A DNA stretch of 64,000 bases, taken from assembly GCA_963739455.1 (NCBI GenBank), contig CAVUAK010000001.1:672001-736000 (forward strand). Reading direction: 5' to 3'. Source of the stretch: an uncultured Gemmatimonadales bacterium. Its GTDB lineage: Bacteria > Gemmatimonadota > Gemmatimonadetes > Gemmatimonadales > GWC2-71-9. Numbering within the stretch: position 1 is the first letter of the stretch; each line of letters starts with the position of its first letter. Position numbers and translations under genes: made by a program. Below, piece by piece: positions 10,123-19,201 of this stretch. Below the pieces are notes generated by a model. It worked only from the letters and a program-made list of their open reading frames with translations. It was not told the origin of the DNA and did no database searches.

Positions 10123-10731
10123 TCAAAGCCCGACGTTGCTCGCGCGAGTGACGTGCACATCCACCAGCGCATCAAGAAGTCCCACTCGTTCCTGCCAAAG
10201 CTGCGTCAGGTCGGGGCCACCGATTCCGGGTGGCGCCGCGAGCTCGGTGCGTTCCATCCGGCGGTCCACGTCGGCGATGCGATCCTCGAGATCCGCAGCG
10301 ACCCGGCTGGTGCGTCCATCGAGCACGCGCGTCTCGGGACCATAGGCACCGATCGCGGCTTCCAGTGCCCGTGAGCGCTGCTGCAGCGATGACAACTCGC
10401 GTGCCGAAGACGCCGCGGCGGCCGCTGGCATCGGCCGCTTCACCAATAGCGCCAGGGCAAGCGAGGCGGCGAGCGCCATGGCGCCCGCCGTCATCCAGCG
10501 AATCCGCCGCTGCCGGCGCACCGTGTTGACCCTCGCGGCCACGCGGGGCCACTGGTCCCGCGCCGGCCGCAGGGTGGGCAGGGCCCGCAGGCGCGCCGAG
10601 CGCTGCTCAAGGCGATCCTGTTCAAGCCGGCAGGTCTCGCACTGTTCCAGGTGCTCCCGCTGGGCCGTCGTTCCGGGCTCGACGCCCGGCTCACGCAGTG
10701 CCAGCAGTTGTTCCATCGTCAGGTGTGTCAT
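10123..10731 (-). CDS. Putative zinc-binding membrane anti-sigma factor
   Basis: HLEQCETC (HxxxCxxC) motif and one TM segment; start overlaps the sigma factor stop. Confidence 0.75.
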   Translation of the reverse strand: MTHLTMEQLLALREPGVEPGTTAQREHLEQCETCRLEQDRLEQRSARLRALPTLRPARDQWPRVAARVNTVRRQRRIRWMTAGAMALAASLALALLVKRPMPAAAAASSARELSSLQQRSRALEAAIGAYGPETRVLDGRTSRVAADLEDRIADVDRRMERTELAAPPGIGGPDLTQLWQERVGLLDALVDVHVTRASNVGL

Positions 10732-11282
10732 CCGAACGCCTCCTCTCCCAGCCAGACCCGCAAGCGCGTATGCGCGCGGGCGAGCTGGGACTTCGAAAAA
10801 CTTGCGGTCTTCCCCATCATCGCGGCGATTTCTTCGTGGGTGTATCCCTCGACATCGTGCAGCCACACCACCGCGCGCGACGTCTCACCCAGCCGCTCGA
10901 GCGCCGCTTCGAGATCCATGCGAAGCGCGGTGTCCTCGCGCTTGTGCTCCATCACGTCATCGTGCAGCTCATCGGCGTCGCGATACTTGTTCCGCCGGAG
11001 GCGCATGAGCGCCTTGCTCGCCGCGATCGTCCTGACCCATCCCCAGAGGCTGCCGTCCTGGCGATACCGCCCGATACTGCGGCAGACCTCGAAGAAGGTC
11101 TCCTGCAGCACGTCCTCAGCGTCCTCGGTGGTGCGGCAGATCCGGCGGGCGAGGTTGTACACGGGGACCTCGAAGGCTCGATAGAGAGCCTCGAGGGCAG
11201 CCGCATCACCCTGGCGGGCCTGGGCCACCACCGATTCGGCATTGGCGATCGGGTACAAGTCCATTGGCAGCGCTCTGGTCAT
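10728..11282 (-). CDS. ECF RNA polymerase sigma factor
   Basis: DAEDVLQETF (region 2), WVRTIA, LHDVEGYTHEEIAAMMG...SKSQLARA (region 4). Confidence 0.93.
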   Translation of the reverse strand: MTRALPMDLYPIANAESVVAQARQGDAAALEALYRAFEVPVYNLARRICRTTEDAEDVLQETFFEVCRSIGRYRQDGSLWGWVRTIAASKALMRLRRNKYRDADELHDDVMEHKREDTALRMDLEAALERLGETSRAVVWLHDVEGYTHEEIAAMMGKTASFSKSQLARAHTRLRVWLGEEAFG

Positions 11283-11293
11283 GGCACAGGTAA

Positions 11294-11321
11294 AGATGCC
11301 GGAGGGGGGAGGAGGGTTGCA
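11294..11321 (-). promoter_or_regulatory. Putative autoregulatory ECF promoter
   Basis: Minus strand TGCAACC-N15-GCATCT just upstream of the sigma gene; resembles AAC...CGTC/CATC-type ECF promoters. Confidence 0.45.
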
Positions 11322-11378
11322 GGGAGGGCGGGGAGGGCGGGGAGGGCGGGGAGGGCGGGGAGGGCGGGGAGGGCGGGG
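11322..11378. repeat. Tandem 9-mer (GGGAGGGCG)x6, G-quadruplex-competent
   Basis: Six exact copies at 11322-11375. About three reverse-complement copies at 11434-11463. Confidence 0.95.
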
Positions 11379-11424
11379 CCAAGGTGCTGCGAAAGAACAT
11401 GATGAGATGCCCTATATTTCGCCC

Positions 11425-12558
11425 ATGGCGTCATCCCCGCCTTCCCCGCCCTCCCCGCCTTCCGATTGGCTGCACCACCTCGCTGACGAGGCTGATGCGG
11501 CATTCCTCTATCGCGAGCTGGCCCAGGCCGAAAGTGACCCCGGCCGATCGAAGATCTACGGCCAGCTCGCCGAGGTCGAGGACCGGCATGTCGAAGCGTG
11601 GCAGAAGCTGCTCACCGAGCAGGGGCACGTGGTGACGGTACCAGCACCGTCGCGGGACGCCCGGCTCCGCGCGTGGGTAGCGCGCCGTATCGGGCCGGGC
11701 GTGGTGCTGCCACTGCTGCTCGAGGAAGAGGGCCGCGAGGTCAAGAGTTACCTCTCGATGTATCGCGATGAGCCCCAGGGCGCGGCCGGTCCGACGGCCC
11801 TCAAGCTCGCGCGCGAGTCGAAGGAACACGCCGAGCGTCTCGCCTCGATGGGCGGCGGTGCCGCGGAACCGTGGCACAAGACCGGGGCGGGTGGTTTCCT
11901 CCGGAACGTCGTTTACGGCTTCAATGACGGACTCACCGCCAATTTCGGCCTCGTGGCCGGCATGATCGGCGCACAGGGCGCCAACCTTGGCGGTCACGCG
12001 GTGCTGGTGGCTGGCGTCGCAGGCATGGTGGCCGACGCATTGTCGATGGCGTCGTCGGGCTATCTCGCCGCGAAGAGCGAGCGCGAGGTGTTCGAGCACG
12101 AAATCGCGATGGAGCGGGACGAGATCAAGCTCATGCCCGAGCTCGAGGGCGAAGAGCTGAGCCTCATCTACCAGGCGAAGGGCATTCCCGCAGCACAGGC
12201 CGACGCACTTGCCGCCGAGGTGATGAAGGACCCCGAGCGCGCGCTCGCCGAAAAGGTGCGCGAGGAACTGGGCATCGGTGAGGCCACGAGCACGCCGATG
12301 CGTGAGGCATGGATTACCGGGACGGCCACGGCACTCGGCGCGCTTATCCCGGTAGCGCCCTTCTTCTTCGGCCGCGGACCGCTCGTCATCTGGACGTCGT
12401 TCGCGCTCGCAATGCTGAGCCACTTTGCCGTCGGCGCGGCGCGCAGTTTCTTCACCGGCCGCGGCGTGATCCGAAGTGGCATGGACATGTTCCTGGTGGG
12501 GCTTGGCGTGGCCGGCATCGGCTATGTAGTGGGCGACTGGATCGTACGACTCCTCTAG
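11425..12558 (+). CDS. VIT1/CCC1 family transporter with N-terminal rubrerythrin/ferritin-like domain
   Basis: LAEVEDRH and LARESKEH (ExxH) motifs; LRNVVYGFNDGL and SMASSGYLAAKSERE VIT1 motifs. Confidence 0.88.
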   Translation: MASSPPSPPSPPSDWLHHLADEADAAFLYRELAQAESDPGRSKIYGQLAEVEDRHVEAWQKLLTEQGHVVTVPAPSRDARLRAWVARRIGPGVVLPLLLEEEGREVKSYLSMYRDEPQGAAGPTALKLARESKEHAERLASMGGGAAEPWHKTGAGGFLRNVVYGFNDGLTANFGLVAGMIGAQGANLGGHAVLVAGVAGMVADALSMASSGYLAAKSEREVFEHEIAMERDEIKLMPELEGEELSLIYQAKGIPAAQADALAAEVMKDPERALAEKVREELGIGEATSTPMREAWITGTATALGALIPVAPFFFGRGPLVIWTSFALAMLSHFAVGAARSFFTGRGVIRSGMDMFLVGLGVAGIGYVVGDWIVRLL

Positions 12559-12563
12559 ATCGC

Positions 12564-14495
12564 GTGGACTCACCCGGCGCGATCACCCTTCCGCCGCGGT
12601 TCCGGCTCGATCGCGAGATCGGGCGCGGCGGCATGGCAGTCGTTTATCGCGCGCACGACCACCACCTCGACCGTTTCGTCGCCATCAAGGTGCTGTCCGC
12701 CGACTGGTCGCGCGGGGTCGGGAGTGATCGCTTCCAGCGCGAGATCGGGTTGATGGCCCGACTGGTTCATCCCGGCATCGTGGCACTGTTCGATTCCGGC
12801 GAAGTGGATGGACGGCTCTTCTATGTCATGCCGTTCGTCGCAGGCGAGACCCTCCGCGATCGCCTGACCCGCACCGGCCGCATGCCTGTCGAGGAGGCCG
12901 CAGCGCTCGGTGCAGACATCGCCGAGGCACTCGCCTATGCACACGGCCTTGGCATCGTGCACCGGGACGTCAAGCCGGAGAACATCTTCTCGGTCAGCGG
13001 GCGCGCCGTGCTGGCTGACTTCGGCATCGCCCGCGTCAACGACCAGGCTGATCGAAGTGCCCTGACAACGGCGGGAGTCGTCGTGGGGACGCTGTCGTAC
13101 ATGAGCCCGGAACAGGCATCGGCCGATGCGGGCCTGGACGGTCGCTCGGACCTCTATAGCCTGGGCTGTGTGCTCTATGAGTTGCTGACGGGCCGGGCGC
13201 CATTCGTTGCGACCACGCCCCTCGCCATCATGGCGAAGCACATGACGGAGACACCGCGTCCCCCCGGCACGCAGGGCGTGGAAGTGCCTGCCGCAATGGA
13301 TGCGATCATCATGCAACTGCTCGCCAAGGACGCTGGTGAGCGACCGAGACATGCCGGTGACGTGGCGCTGGCCCTGCGCGCGATGGCACAGCGACCCACC
13401 GCCGTCTCACCTCCGACCCCGGCGCCCGAACACTCTCCTGTACCGCGAAGCGATAGCGGGGCCAGCGCGGCGAGCGAGGTGAACCGCCTCATTGCCGAGG
13501 GGAAGCGGGCGTTCCGGTTGTATAGCCCCGGAGAGGGGGCCAAGGCGCGGACACGTCTCGATGAGGCGAAGACCTACCTGGACCGCGCGCTCGCACTGGA
13601 TCCCCGGAACGCACACGGTCTCTCCATGATGGGCAACTGGCACTTCGTGGCCGGCATCAGCGGAATCATGGATCGCGAGGAGGCCTTTGCACGGGGACGC
13701 GAGCTCATCATGGCGGCGCTCGCCGCCGATGACCAGGTCGCCGAAGTGCAGTGTTCCATGGCCAAGCTTGCGCTCTACTATGACGACGATTTCCACGCCG
13801 CCGCGCGCCACGTGGAGCGCGCCATCCAGCTGGACCCATTCGACCGCGAGGCACTGCGGCTGCAGAGCATCGTGTTCAAGATCCTGGGTCGCACCGATGA
13901 CGCGGTGCGCGCCGCCCAGGCCGCGACCGAGCGAGCACCCCGGGAGCCGGTGACGTGGAATTCACTGGGCGATGCGCTGCTGGCGGCCGGCCGGAATGCC
14001 GAGGCGGTCGATGCCCTGAAGCGGGCCATCAGCCTGCAGTCCGGGTACGGCCCCGCCCTCGAGCGCCTCGAGATCGCCCGCGGGCGACTCGGGGAGCATG
14101 AACTTGCGCTCGAGATCCGGAGTTCACGAATTCGCCTTTCGGGCGATCGCGAGCGTGCTGACCTGCTGGACCGCGAGGGGCTGGAGGCGGGCGCGGCAAC
14201 CGCGCTGCAACGCGACCTGCGCCGCGAGCTGAGCGCCCTGCTCTCGGAGGCGGCGCGAACGGACGCATTCGCAGAGTATTTCACCACCCGGACGACCGCC
14301 GACCGAATCGTCATGGTCTGTATCGAACTGGGTGATTGGCAGACCGCGATGGACTGGGTGGAACAGTCCTACCAGCGACGACCGGGACGGCTCCGGCGGC
14401 TGCTCACCGAGCTTCCCTTCGATCGCCGTGCGCTCGCCGTCGACCCACGGTATGCTCGCCTGCTTCGCGTGGCCGGCCTGGAAGAGCTGATCTGA
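12564..14495 (+). CDS. Ser/Thr protein kinase with C-terminal TPR repeats
   Basis: GRGGMAVV, VAIK, HRDVKPEN, DFG, GTLSYMSPEQ; TPR-like helices follow. GTG start inferred. Confidence 0.9.
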   Translation: MDSPGAITLPPRFRLDREIGRGGMAVVYRAHDHHLDRFVAIKVLSADWSRGVGSDRFQREIGLMARLVHPGIVALFDSGEVDGRLFYVMPFVAGETLRDRLTRTGRMPVEEAAALGADIAEALAYAHGLGIVHRDVKPENIFSVSGRAVLADFGIARVNDQADRSALTTAGVVVGTLSYMSPEQASADAGLDGRSDLYSLGCVLYELLTGRAPFVATTPLAIMAKHMTETPRPPGTQGVEVPAAMDAIIMQLLAKDAGERPRHAGDVALALRAMAQRPTAVSPPTPAPEHSPVPRSDSGASAASEVNRLIAEGKRAFRLYSPGEGAKARTRLDEAKTYLDRALALDPRNAHGLSMMGNWHFVAGISGIMDREEAFARGRELIMAALAADDQVAEVQCSMAKLALYYDDDFHAAARHVERAIQLDPFDREALRLQSIVFKILGRTDDAVRAAQAATERAPREPVTWNSLGDALLAAGRNAEAVDALKRAISLQSGYGPALERLEIARGRLGEHELALEIRSSRIRLSGDRERADLLDREGLEAGAATALQRDLRRELSALLSEAARTDAFAEYFTTRTTADRIVMVCIELGDWQTAMDWVEQSYQRRPGRLRRLLTELPFDRRALAVDPRYARLLRVAGLEELI

Positions 14496-14502
14496 CCCGC
14501 GC

Positions 14503-14531
14503 TTGACACCACCGCTGGTTTCGCGTATCTC
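14503..14531 (+). promoter_or_regulatory. sigma70 promoter of the sulfur-relay operon
   Basis: TTGACA (14503-14508), 17 nt, TATCTC (14526-14531). Confidence 0.6.
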
Positions 14532-14548
14532 TGGATACGACAATTGAT

Positions 14549-14600
14549 TCGTGGTCATTTGCCGCGTATTGCAGCCACGTTAAACAAATGCTAAAAAGCG
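14549..14600 (+). ncRNA. SAM-II (SAM_alpha-like) riboswitch aptamer
   Basis: CGTGGTCATTTG...TTGCAGCCACGTTAAACAAATGCTAAAAAGCG. P1 CGTGG/CCACG, UUU loop, TTGC/GCTAA pairing and A-rich 3' end match the SAM-II consensus as I recall it. Lies upstream of sulfur amino-acid genes. Confidence 0.82.
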
Positions 14601-14603
14601 AGA

Positions 14604-14636
14604 CGTCCGCGCCTCGTTGCCGCGGGCGCTTTTTTT
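14604..14636 (+). terminator. Intrinsic terminator (riboswitch expression platform)
   Basis: Stem CGTCCGCG/CGCGGGCG followed by T7 (14630-14636). Confidence 0.75.
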
Positions 14637-14669
14637 CGTCGCCAGTTCCTGGGCGACAGGGATGCCTGC

Positions 14670-15933
14670 ATGACCGCAGCCGCTGTTTCTCCGAAGGTGC
14701 GTGCGCTTCCGCTCCGGTGCCGCAATTGTGGCGTGGAGACCGAGCCGGCGCCCAAGGCCATCTGCGAAGAGTGCCTGGGACCGCTCGAGCCACTCTATGA
14801 TCCTGCGCGGCACTTGCCGACGCGTGCCGAGATTGGCGCGCGGGCAGCGTCGCTCTGGCGCTACCACGAGTGGCTGCCGCTCGAGGGCACCCCGCCCTAC
14901 TCCCTCGATACCGGGTTCACCCCGCTGGTAGAAGTGCCCCGCCTGGCACCACTGCTCGGCGTGGCGCGGGTGTGGGTGAAGAACGACGCGGTGTCACACC
15001 CGAGCCTGTCGTTCAAGGATCGCGTCGTTGCCGCCGCGATCAATGCGGCCGCGGCGTTCGGCATCGATACCGTCGGCTGCGCCTCCACCGGCAACCTGGC
15101 CAATGCCGTCGCCGCGCAGGCTGCCCGCGCCGGGCTGCCTGCCTGGATCTTCATCCCCGACAACCTCGAGCTGGGCAAGGTCGTGGGTACCTCCGTGTAC
15201 GCACCGAACCTCGTGCGCATCCGGGGCACCTATGACGACGTGAACCGGCTCTGTGCCCAGGTGGCCGATCGCTATGGCTGGGGCATCGTCAACGTGAACC
15301 TGCGCTCGTACTACGGCGAGGGATCGAAGACGGTCGCGTTCGAGATCGCGGAACAGCTCGGCTGGCGCCTGCCGACCGCGGTCGTGGCGCCGATGGCAGG
15401 CGGGTCGCTGGTGTCGAAGCTGGGGAAGGGATTCCGCGAGTTCATCTCGCGCGGGACTGGTGAACGGCGAATCGCCGCGGCTCTACGGGGCGCAGGCCAC
15501 GGGGTGCGCGCCGATCGTGCGGCTGGTCGAGCGCGGCGATGGCCAGCTCATTCCCGAGATCCCGGACACGATTGCGCGCTCGATCGCCATCGGCAACCCG
15601 GCGGATGGCGCGTACGCCGCCGAGTCGATCCGGAAGTCAGGTGGCTGGGCGGCGAGCGTGAGCGATGCCGAACTGGTGAAGGGGATCAAGCTGCTCGCCG
15701 AGACGTCGGGGATCTTCACCGAGACGGCTGGTGGGGTGACACTCGCAAGTGCGCTCGAACTGGCGCGCACCGGTCACTTCCGCGCGGACGACGAGGTAGT
15801 GCTCTGCATTACGGGGAACGGCCTCAAGACGGTCGAGGCCCTGAGCGGTTCATTGGATGAGGCACCGGTGCTGGCACCCCGCCTCCGTGACGTCGCGGAT
15901 CTCGTGGCGCGCACGTCGCAGAATTCACGCTGA
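14670..15933 (+). CDS. thrC: Threonine-synthase-family PLP enzyme, possibly an O-phosphohomoserine sulfhydrylase (frameshift near 15450)
   Basis: N-terminal CxxC...CxxC; SLSFKDR (PLP Lys); ASTGN; EGSKT; continues in ORF 15460..15933 (SIAIGNP, ETAGG, ITGNGLK). Confidence 0.85.
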
Positions 15934-15946
15934 GGAGGGATTCATC

Positions 15947-16222
15947 ATGTCCGTAACGCTTTCCCTGCCCGCTGTCCTGACCCGCCTCACCGATGGTGCC
16001 CGTACGCTCGAGGCGACCGGGGCCACGGTGGGCGATGTGGTACAGGATGTGGCCGGCCGGTTTCCGCAGCTCGCGCCGCGCCTGCGCGACGAGCAGGGCA
16101 ACCCATACTCCTTCGTGACGTTCTACCTGAACGACGAGGACATTCGCTTCACCGGTGGCTTTGCCACCGTCGTGCGGGACGGCGATGAGCTGATCATCGT
16201 GCCCGCCATTGCAGGAGGCTGA
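15947..16222 (+). CDS. MoaD/ThiS/CysO-family sulfur carrier protein
   Basis: 91 aa, [10 protein letters not shown]-terminal PAIAGG-stop; GAGGAGG RBS. Confidence 0.92.
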   Translation: MSVTLSLPAVLTRLTDGARTLEATGATVGDVVQDVAGRFPQLAPRLRDEQGNPYSFVTFYLNDEDIRFTGGFATVVRDGDELIIVPAIAGG

Positions 16223-16226
16223 CTCC

Positions 16227-17397
16227 ATGACCACATCAATTGCCGCGGAGCCGCTGCCCGAGCTGGGCAACGACGAGATCCTCCGCTACAGCCGCCACCT
16301 GATCCTGCCCGAGTTCGGGCTCGAGGCCCAGCGCAAGCTCAAGGCATCGAGCGTGCTCGTCGTCGGGAGCCGGCGGGCTCGGCTCGCCGCTGGGCCTCTA
16401 CCTGGCTGCCGCCGGTGTCGGCCGGCTTGGCATCGTGGACTTCGACGTCGTTGATGCCACCAACCTGCAGCGGCAGATCATTCACGGTACCGCTGACGTC
16501 GGTCGCCCGAAGCTCGACTCGGCGCGCGACCGCATCCAGGGGCTTAACCCGCACGTGGATGTGCAGACCTACGAGGGGCGCTTCACGTCGGCCAACGCGC
16601 TCGAGATTGCGCGCGACTACGACCTCGTCATCGACGGCACGGACAACTTCCCGACGCGCTACCTGGTGAACGACGCGTGCGTGCTGCTGGGCAAGCCCAA
16701 CGTGTATGGCAGCATTTTCCGCTTTGAGGGGCAGGCCTCCGTGCTCGCGACGGACAGCGGGCCTTGCTATCGCTGCCTGTTCCGTGAGCCGCCACCCCCG
16801 GGCATGGTGCCGAGCTGCGCTGAAGGCGGCGTGCTCGGCGTGCTGCCAGGGCTCATTGGCGTGATCCAGGCCACGGAGGCGATCAAGCTGCTCACCGGCA
16901 TCGGCGAGCCGCTCATCGGCCGGCTGCTCCTGGTGGACGCACTGCGCATGCAGTTCCGCACGCTGAAGTTGCACCGTGACCCACTGTGCCCCGCGTGCGG
17001 CACGCGCGAGATCCAGTCGCTGATCGACTACGAGCAGTTCTGCGGGTTGAACGACGTGGACAGCAGCGTGGATGCCACCATTCCGGAGCTGACACCGAAG
17101 CAGCTCGCCGCGCGCATCGAGCGGGGCGATGACTTCGACCTGATCGACGTCCGCGAGCCGCAGGAGTGGGCGATCGCCCAGCTTCCCGGCGCGCGGCTCA
17201 TTCCGCTGGGCACACTCCCCGCGGCGCTGGGTTCGCTGGACAGCGCTCGCGAGGTGGTGATCTACTGCAAGGGTGGTGTGCGGAGCCTTCGCGCGGCGAC
17301 GCAACTGCGCGCTGCCGGGTTCCGCAAGGTGTCGAACCTCACTGGCGGCATCCTGCGCTGGAGCAGCGATGTCGACCCCAGCGTGCCGACCTACTGA
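16227..17397 (+). CDS. moeB: MoeB/MoeZ adenylyltransferase-rhodanese fusion (frameshift near 16370)
   Basis: [10 protein letters not shown]; GxGGLG split by the frameshift; [34 protein letters not shown]-terminal rhodanese YCKGGVRS. Confidence 0.92.
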
Positions 17398-17489
17398 TGA
17401 CGTACCTGCCGAGCATGCCCATGCCCTGTTGTTGTGACCGTTGCATGCGACGGTCGGGGCTGGGGCATGTCCGGTGGTCACCGCCATAG
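17397..17489 (+). CDS. Putative cysteine-sensing leader peptide [30 protein letters not shown] (30 aa)
   Basis: ATG overlaps the moeB stop (TGATG). TGT-TGT-TGT-GAC-CGT-TGC at 17427-17444. Followed by a terminator and then a sulfurtransferase gene. Confidence 0.75.
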   Translation: MTYLPSMPMPCCCDRCMRRSGLGHVRWSPP

Positions 17490-17519
17490 CGGCGCAACGA
17501 CCAGTGCATGCATCACCCC

Positions 17520-17551
17520 GACCCACCGACACCCGGTGGGTCTCTTTTTTT
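17520..17551 (+). terminator. Attenuator terminator upstream of the sulfurtransferase
   Basis: GACCCACCG-acacc-CGGTGGGTC followed by TCTTTTTTT. Confidence 0.85.
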
Positions 17552-17586
17552 CACCAAGGCCCGATTCACACTGAGGAGAATGAACG

Positions 17587-18486
17587 ATGACTGCCACTCG
17601 CCCCGCGCCAACCACCGCCACGGCCCCCATCGAGGAGCGTGGATATGCCCGCCCCGACGTGCTCGTGTCTACCACCTGGCTGGCTGACAACCTCGATGAC
17701 CCGAAGCTCCGCCTGCTGGAGAGCGATGAGGACGTGCTGCTCTATGACCTGGGGCACATTCGCGGCGCACAGAAGATCGACTGGCACGACGACCTGAATG
17801 ACCCGGTGGTTCGTGACTACATCAACGACGCGGGCTTCGAGCGCCTGCTTCGGCGGCTGGGCATCGACCAGACCACAACGGTGGTGCTCTACGGCGACCG
17901 GAACAACTGGTGGGCCACATATGCGTTCTGGGTGTTCCGGCTCTTTGGTTTTCCCGAGTCGCAGCTGCGCCTGCTCGACGGTGGGCGCGCCGCGTGGGAG
18001 GCAGAGGGCCGGCCCCTCGTCACCTCGCTCAAGTCCTTCACCGCAAGCCGGTATCGCGGTCCCAGGCGCGACGACAGCGGCATTCGCGCATTCCGGGAGG
18101 AAGTACTGGAGCATTCAGCGCGGGGCCGTCCACTGATCGACGTACGGTCGCCCGACGAGTTCACCGGCCGCAAGCTGCACCTGGTGGAGTATCCGCAGGA
18201 GGGAGTGCTGCGCGGCGGCCATGTGCCGGGGGCGAGCAACGTGCCGTGGGCGCGCGCGGCCAGCACCAACGGGACCTTCAAGGACGCTGAGACACTGCGT
18301 GACATCTACGAGGGCGAGGCCGGCCTCAGGAAGGGCGACAGTGTCATCACCTACTGCCGCATTGGCGAGCGGTCGAGCCATACCTGGTTCGTGCTGACGT
18401 ACTTGCTGGGCTATTCGAAGGTGCGGAACTACGACGGCAGCTGGACAGAGTGGGGCAACGCGGTAGGACTGCCGATCGAGAAGTAG
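17587..18486 (+). CDS. Tandem-domain thiosulfate sulfurtransferase (rhodanese, CysA/SseA type)
   Basis: GHIRGA, LLDGG, GGHVPGA, active site [26 protein letters not shown]. Confidence 0.93.
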   Translation: MTATRPAPTTATAPIEERGYARPDVLVSTTWLADNLDDPKLRLLESDEDVLLYDLGHIRGAQKIDWHDDLNDPVVRDYINDAGFERLLRRLGIDQTTTVVLYGDRNNWWATYAFWVFRLFGFPESQLRLLDGGRAAWEAEGRPLVTSLKSFTASRYRGPRRDDSGIRAFREEVLEHSARGRPLIDVRSPDEFTGRKLHLVEYPQEGVLRGGHVPGASNVPWARAASTNGTFKDAETLRDIYEGEAGLRKGDSVITYCRIGERSSHTWFVLTYLLGYSKVRNYDGSWTEWGNAVGLPIEK

Positions 18487-18501
18487 GCCCATGCATCACG
18501 C

Positions 18502-18535
18502 CCACCAGGGGCCCGAGAGAGGAATCCCCTGGTGG
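18502..18535. terminator. Hairpin between convergent genes
   Basis: CCACCAGGGG...CCCCTGGTGG inverted repeat. Confidence 0.55.
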
Positions 18536-18549
18536 AAGCGCAATGCGAG

Positions 18550-19026
18550 CTACTTGTTGAAGACCGCCGAGAACTTCTGGGCCGCGTCCGGACCGGACTT
18601 CGCGCTCACGATGTCGGTCATCGCGGGCACCATCTTCTGGAACTGGTCCTGCGAAACCCCGGCGTTCTTCAGCGAGCCCGACAGGCTCGTCAGCCCCACC
18701 ATCTCGCTGGGCATGCCCAGCTTGGAGCCTTGCCTGATGAGGTTGTCGCTTCCGGGAAAGGCGCTTGCCACCTGCCTGAAATCGGCTGGTTGCATTTGGC
18801 TCTGCGCATAGAAGAGTATGCCGCCCATGGCGTTGGCAGTCTGCAGCTGGGTCAGTTCCGGCACGGACTTCTGCACCTGGCTGACCACCTCGTTGGAGGC
18901 GCCGAGCGGATTCGGCAGGGGCTCCGTGCCGGCCGATGACTGGGGGTGGCTGCACGCTCCCACCACGGCCACGCACGCGAGTGTCGAACCGAAGACCCTG
19001 ACCGACTTCATTGCAAGCGATACCAT
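18550..19026 (-). CDS. Lipoprotein, DUF2780-like, paralog A
   Basis: Lipobox VGA-C; GGILFYAQSQMQPADF...FPGSD; GGAGG RBS. Confidence 0.65.
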   Translation of the reverse strand: MVSLAMKSVRVFGSTLACVAVVGACSHPQSSAGTEPLPNPLGASNEVVSQVQKSVPELTQLQTANAMGGILFYAQSQMQPADFRQVASAFPGSDNLIRQGSKLGMPSEMVGLTSLSGSLKNAGVSQDQFQKMVPAMTDIVSAKSGPDAAQKFSAVFNK

Positions 19027-19166
19027 ACGAACCTCCGTTGATGGCGTAAGCAGGCTCAGTGAAGCCGTCGGGCTACACTGGCACCTGTACCTTCGCATCA
19101 TACGGTCGGCAGGAAGGTCCCACTAGGGAGGGTCGAACGGCCTATGCCTGGTCGGGCGCGCCTCGC

Positions 19167-19190
19167 GCCGCCAGGGGAGCCCCTGGCGGC
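19167..19190 (-). terminator. Hairpin downstream of paralog B
   Basis: GCCGCCAGGG-gagc-CCCTGGCGGC. Confidence 0.5.
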
Positions 19191-19201
19191 ACGGGTTGGG
19201 C

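Noticed and set aside
11206..11424. Repeat-encoded peptides (PPS)n, (GRG)n and an extended VIT1 N-terminus from 11242
   Set aside because: These are translations of the 9-mer array; a -10 box supports the start at 11425.
14544..14593. Short uORFs (GTG-start VVICRVLQPR; TTG-start ...LNKC) as a leader peptide
   Set aside because: Only a single Cys each and no RBS; the SAM-II motif explains the region better.
14670..17397. Plain threonine synthesis plus molybdopterin biosynthesis genes
   Set aside because: No moaE/moaA or hom/thrB nearby, and SAM-riboswitch control fits neither pathway. Symbols are kept only as family labels.
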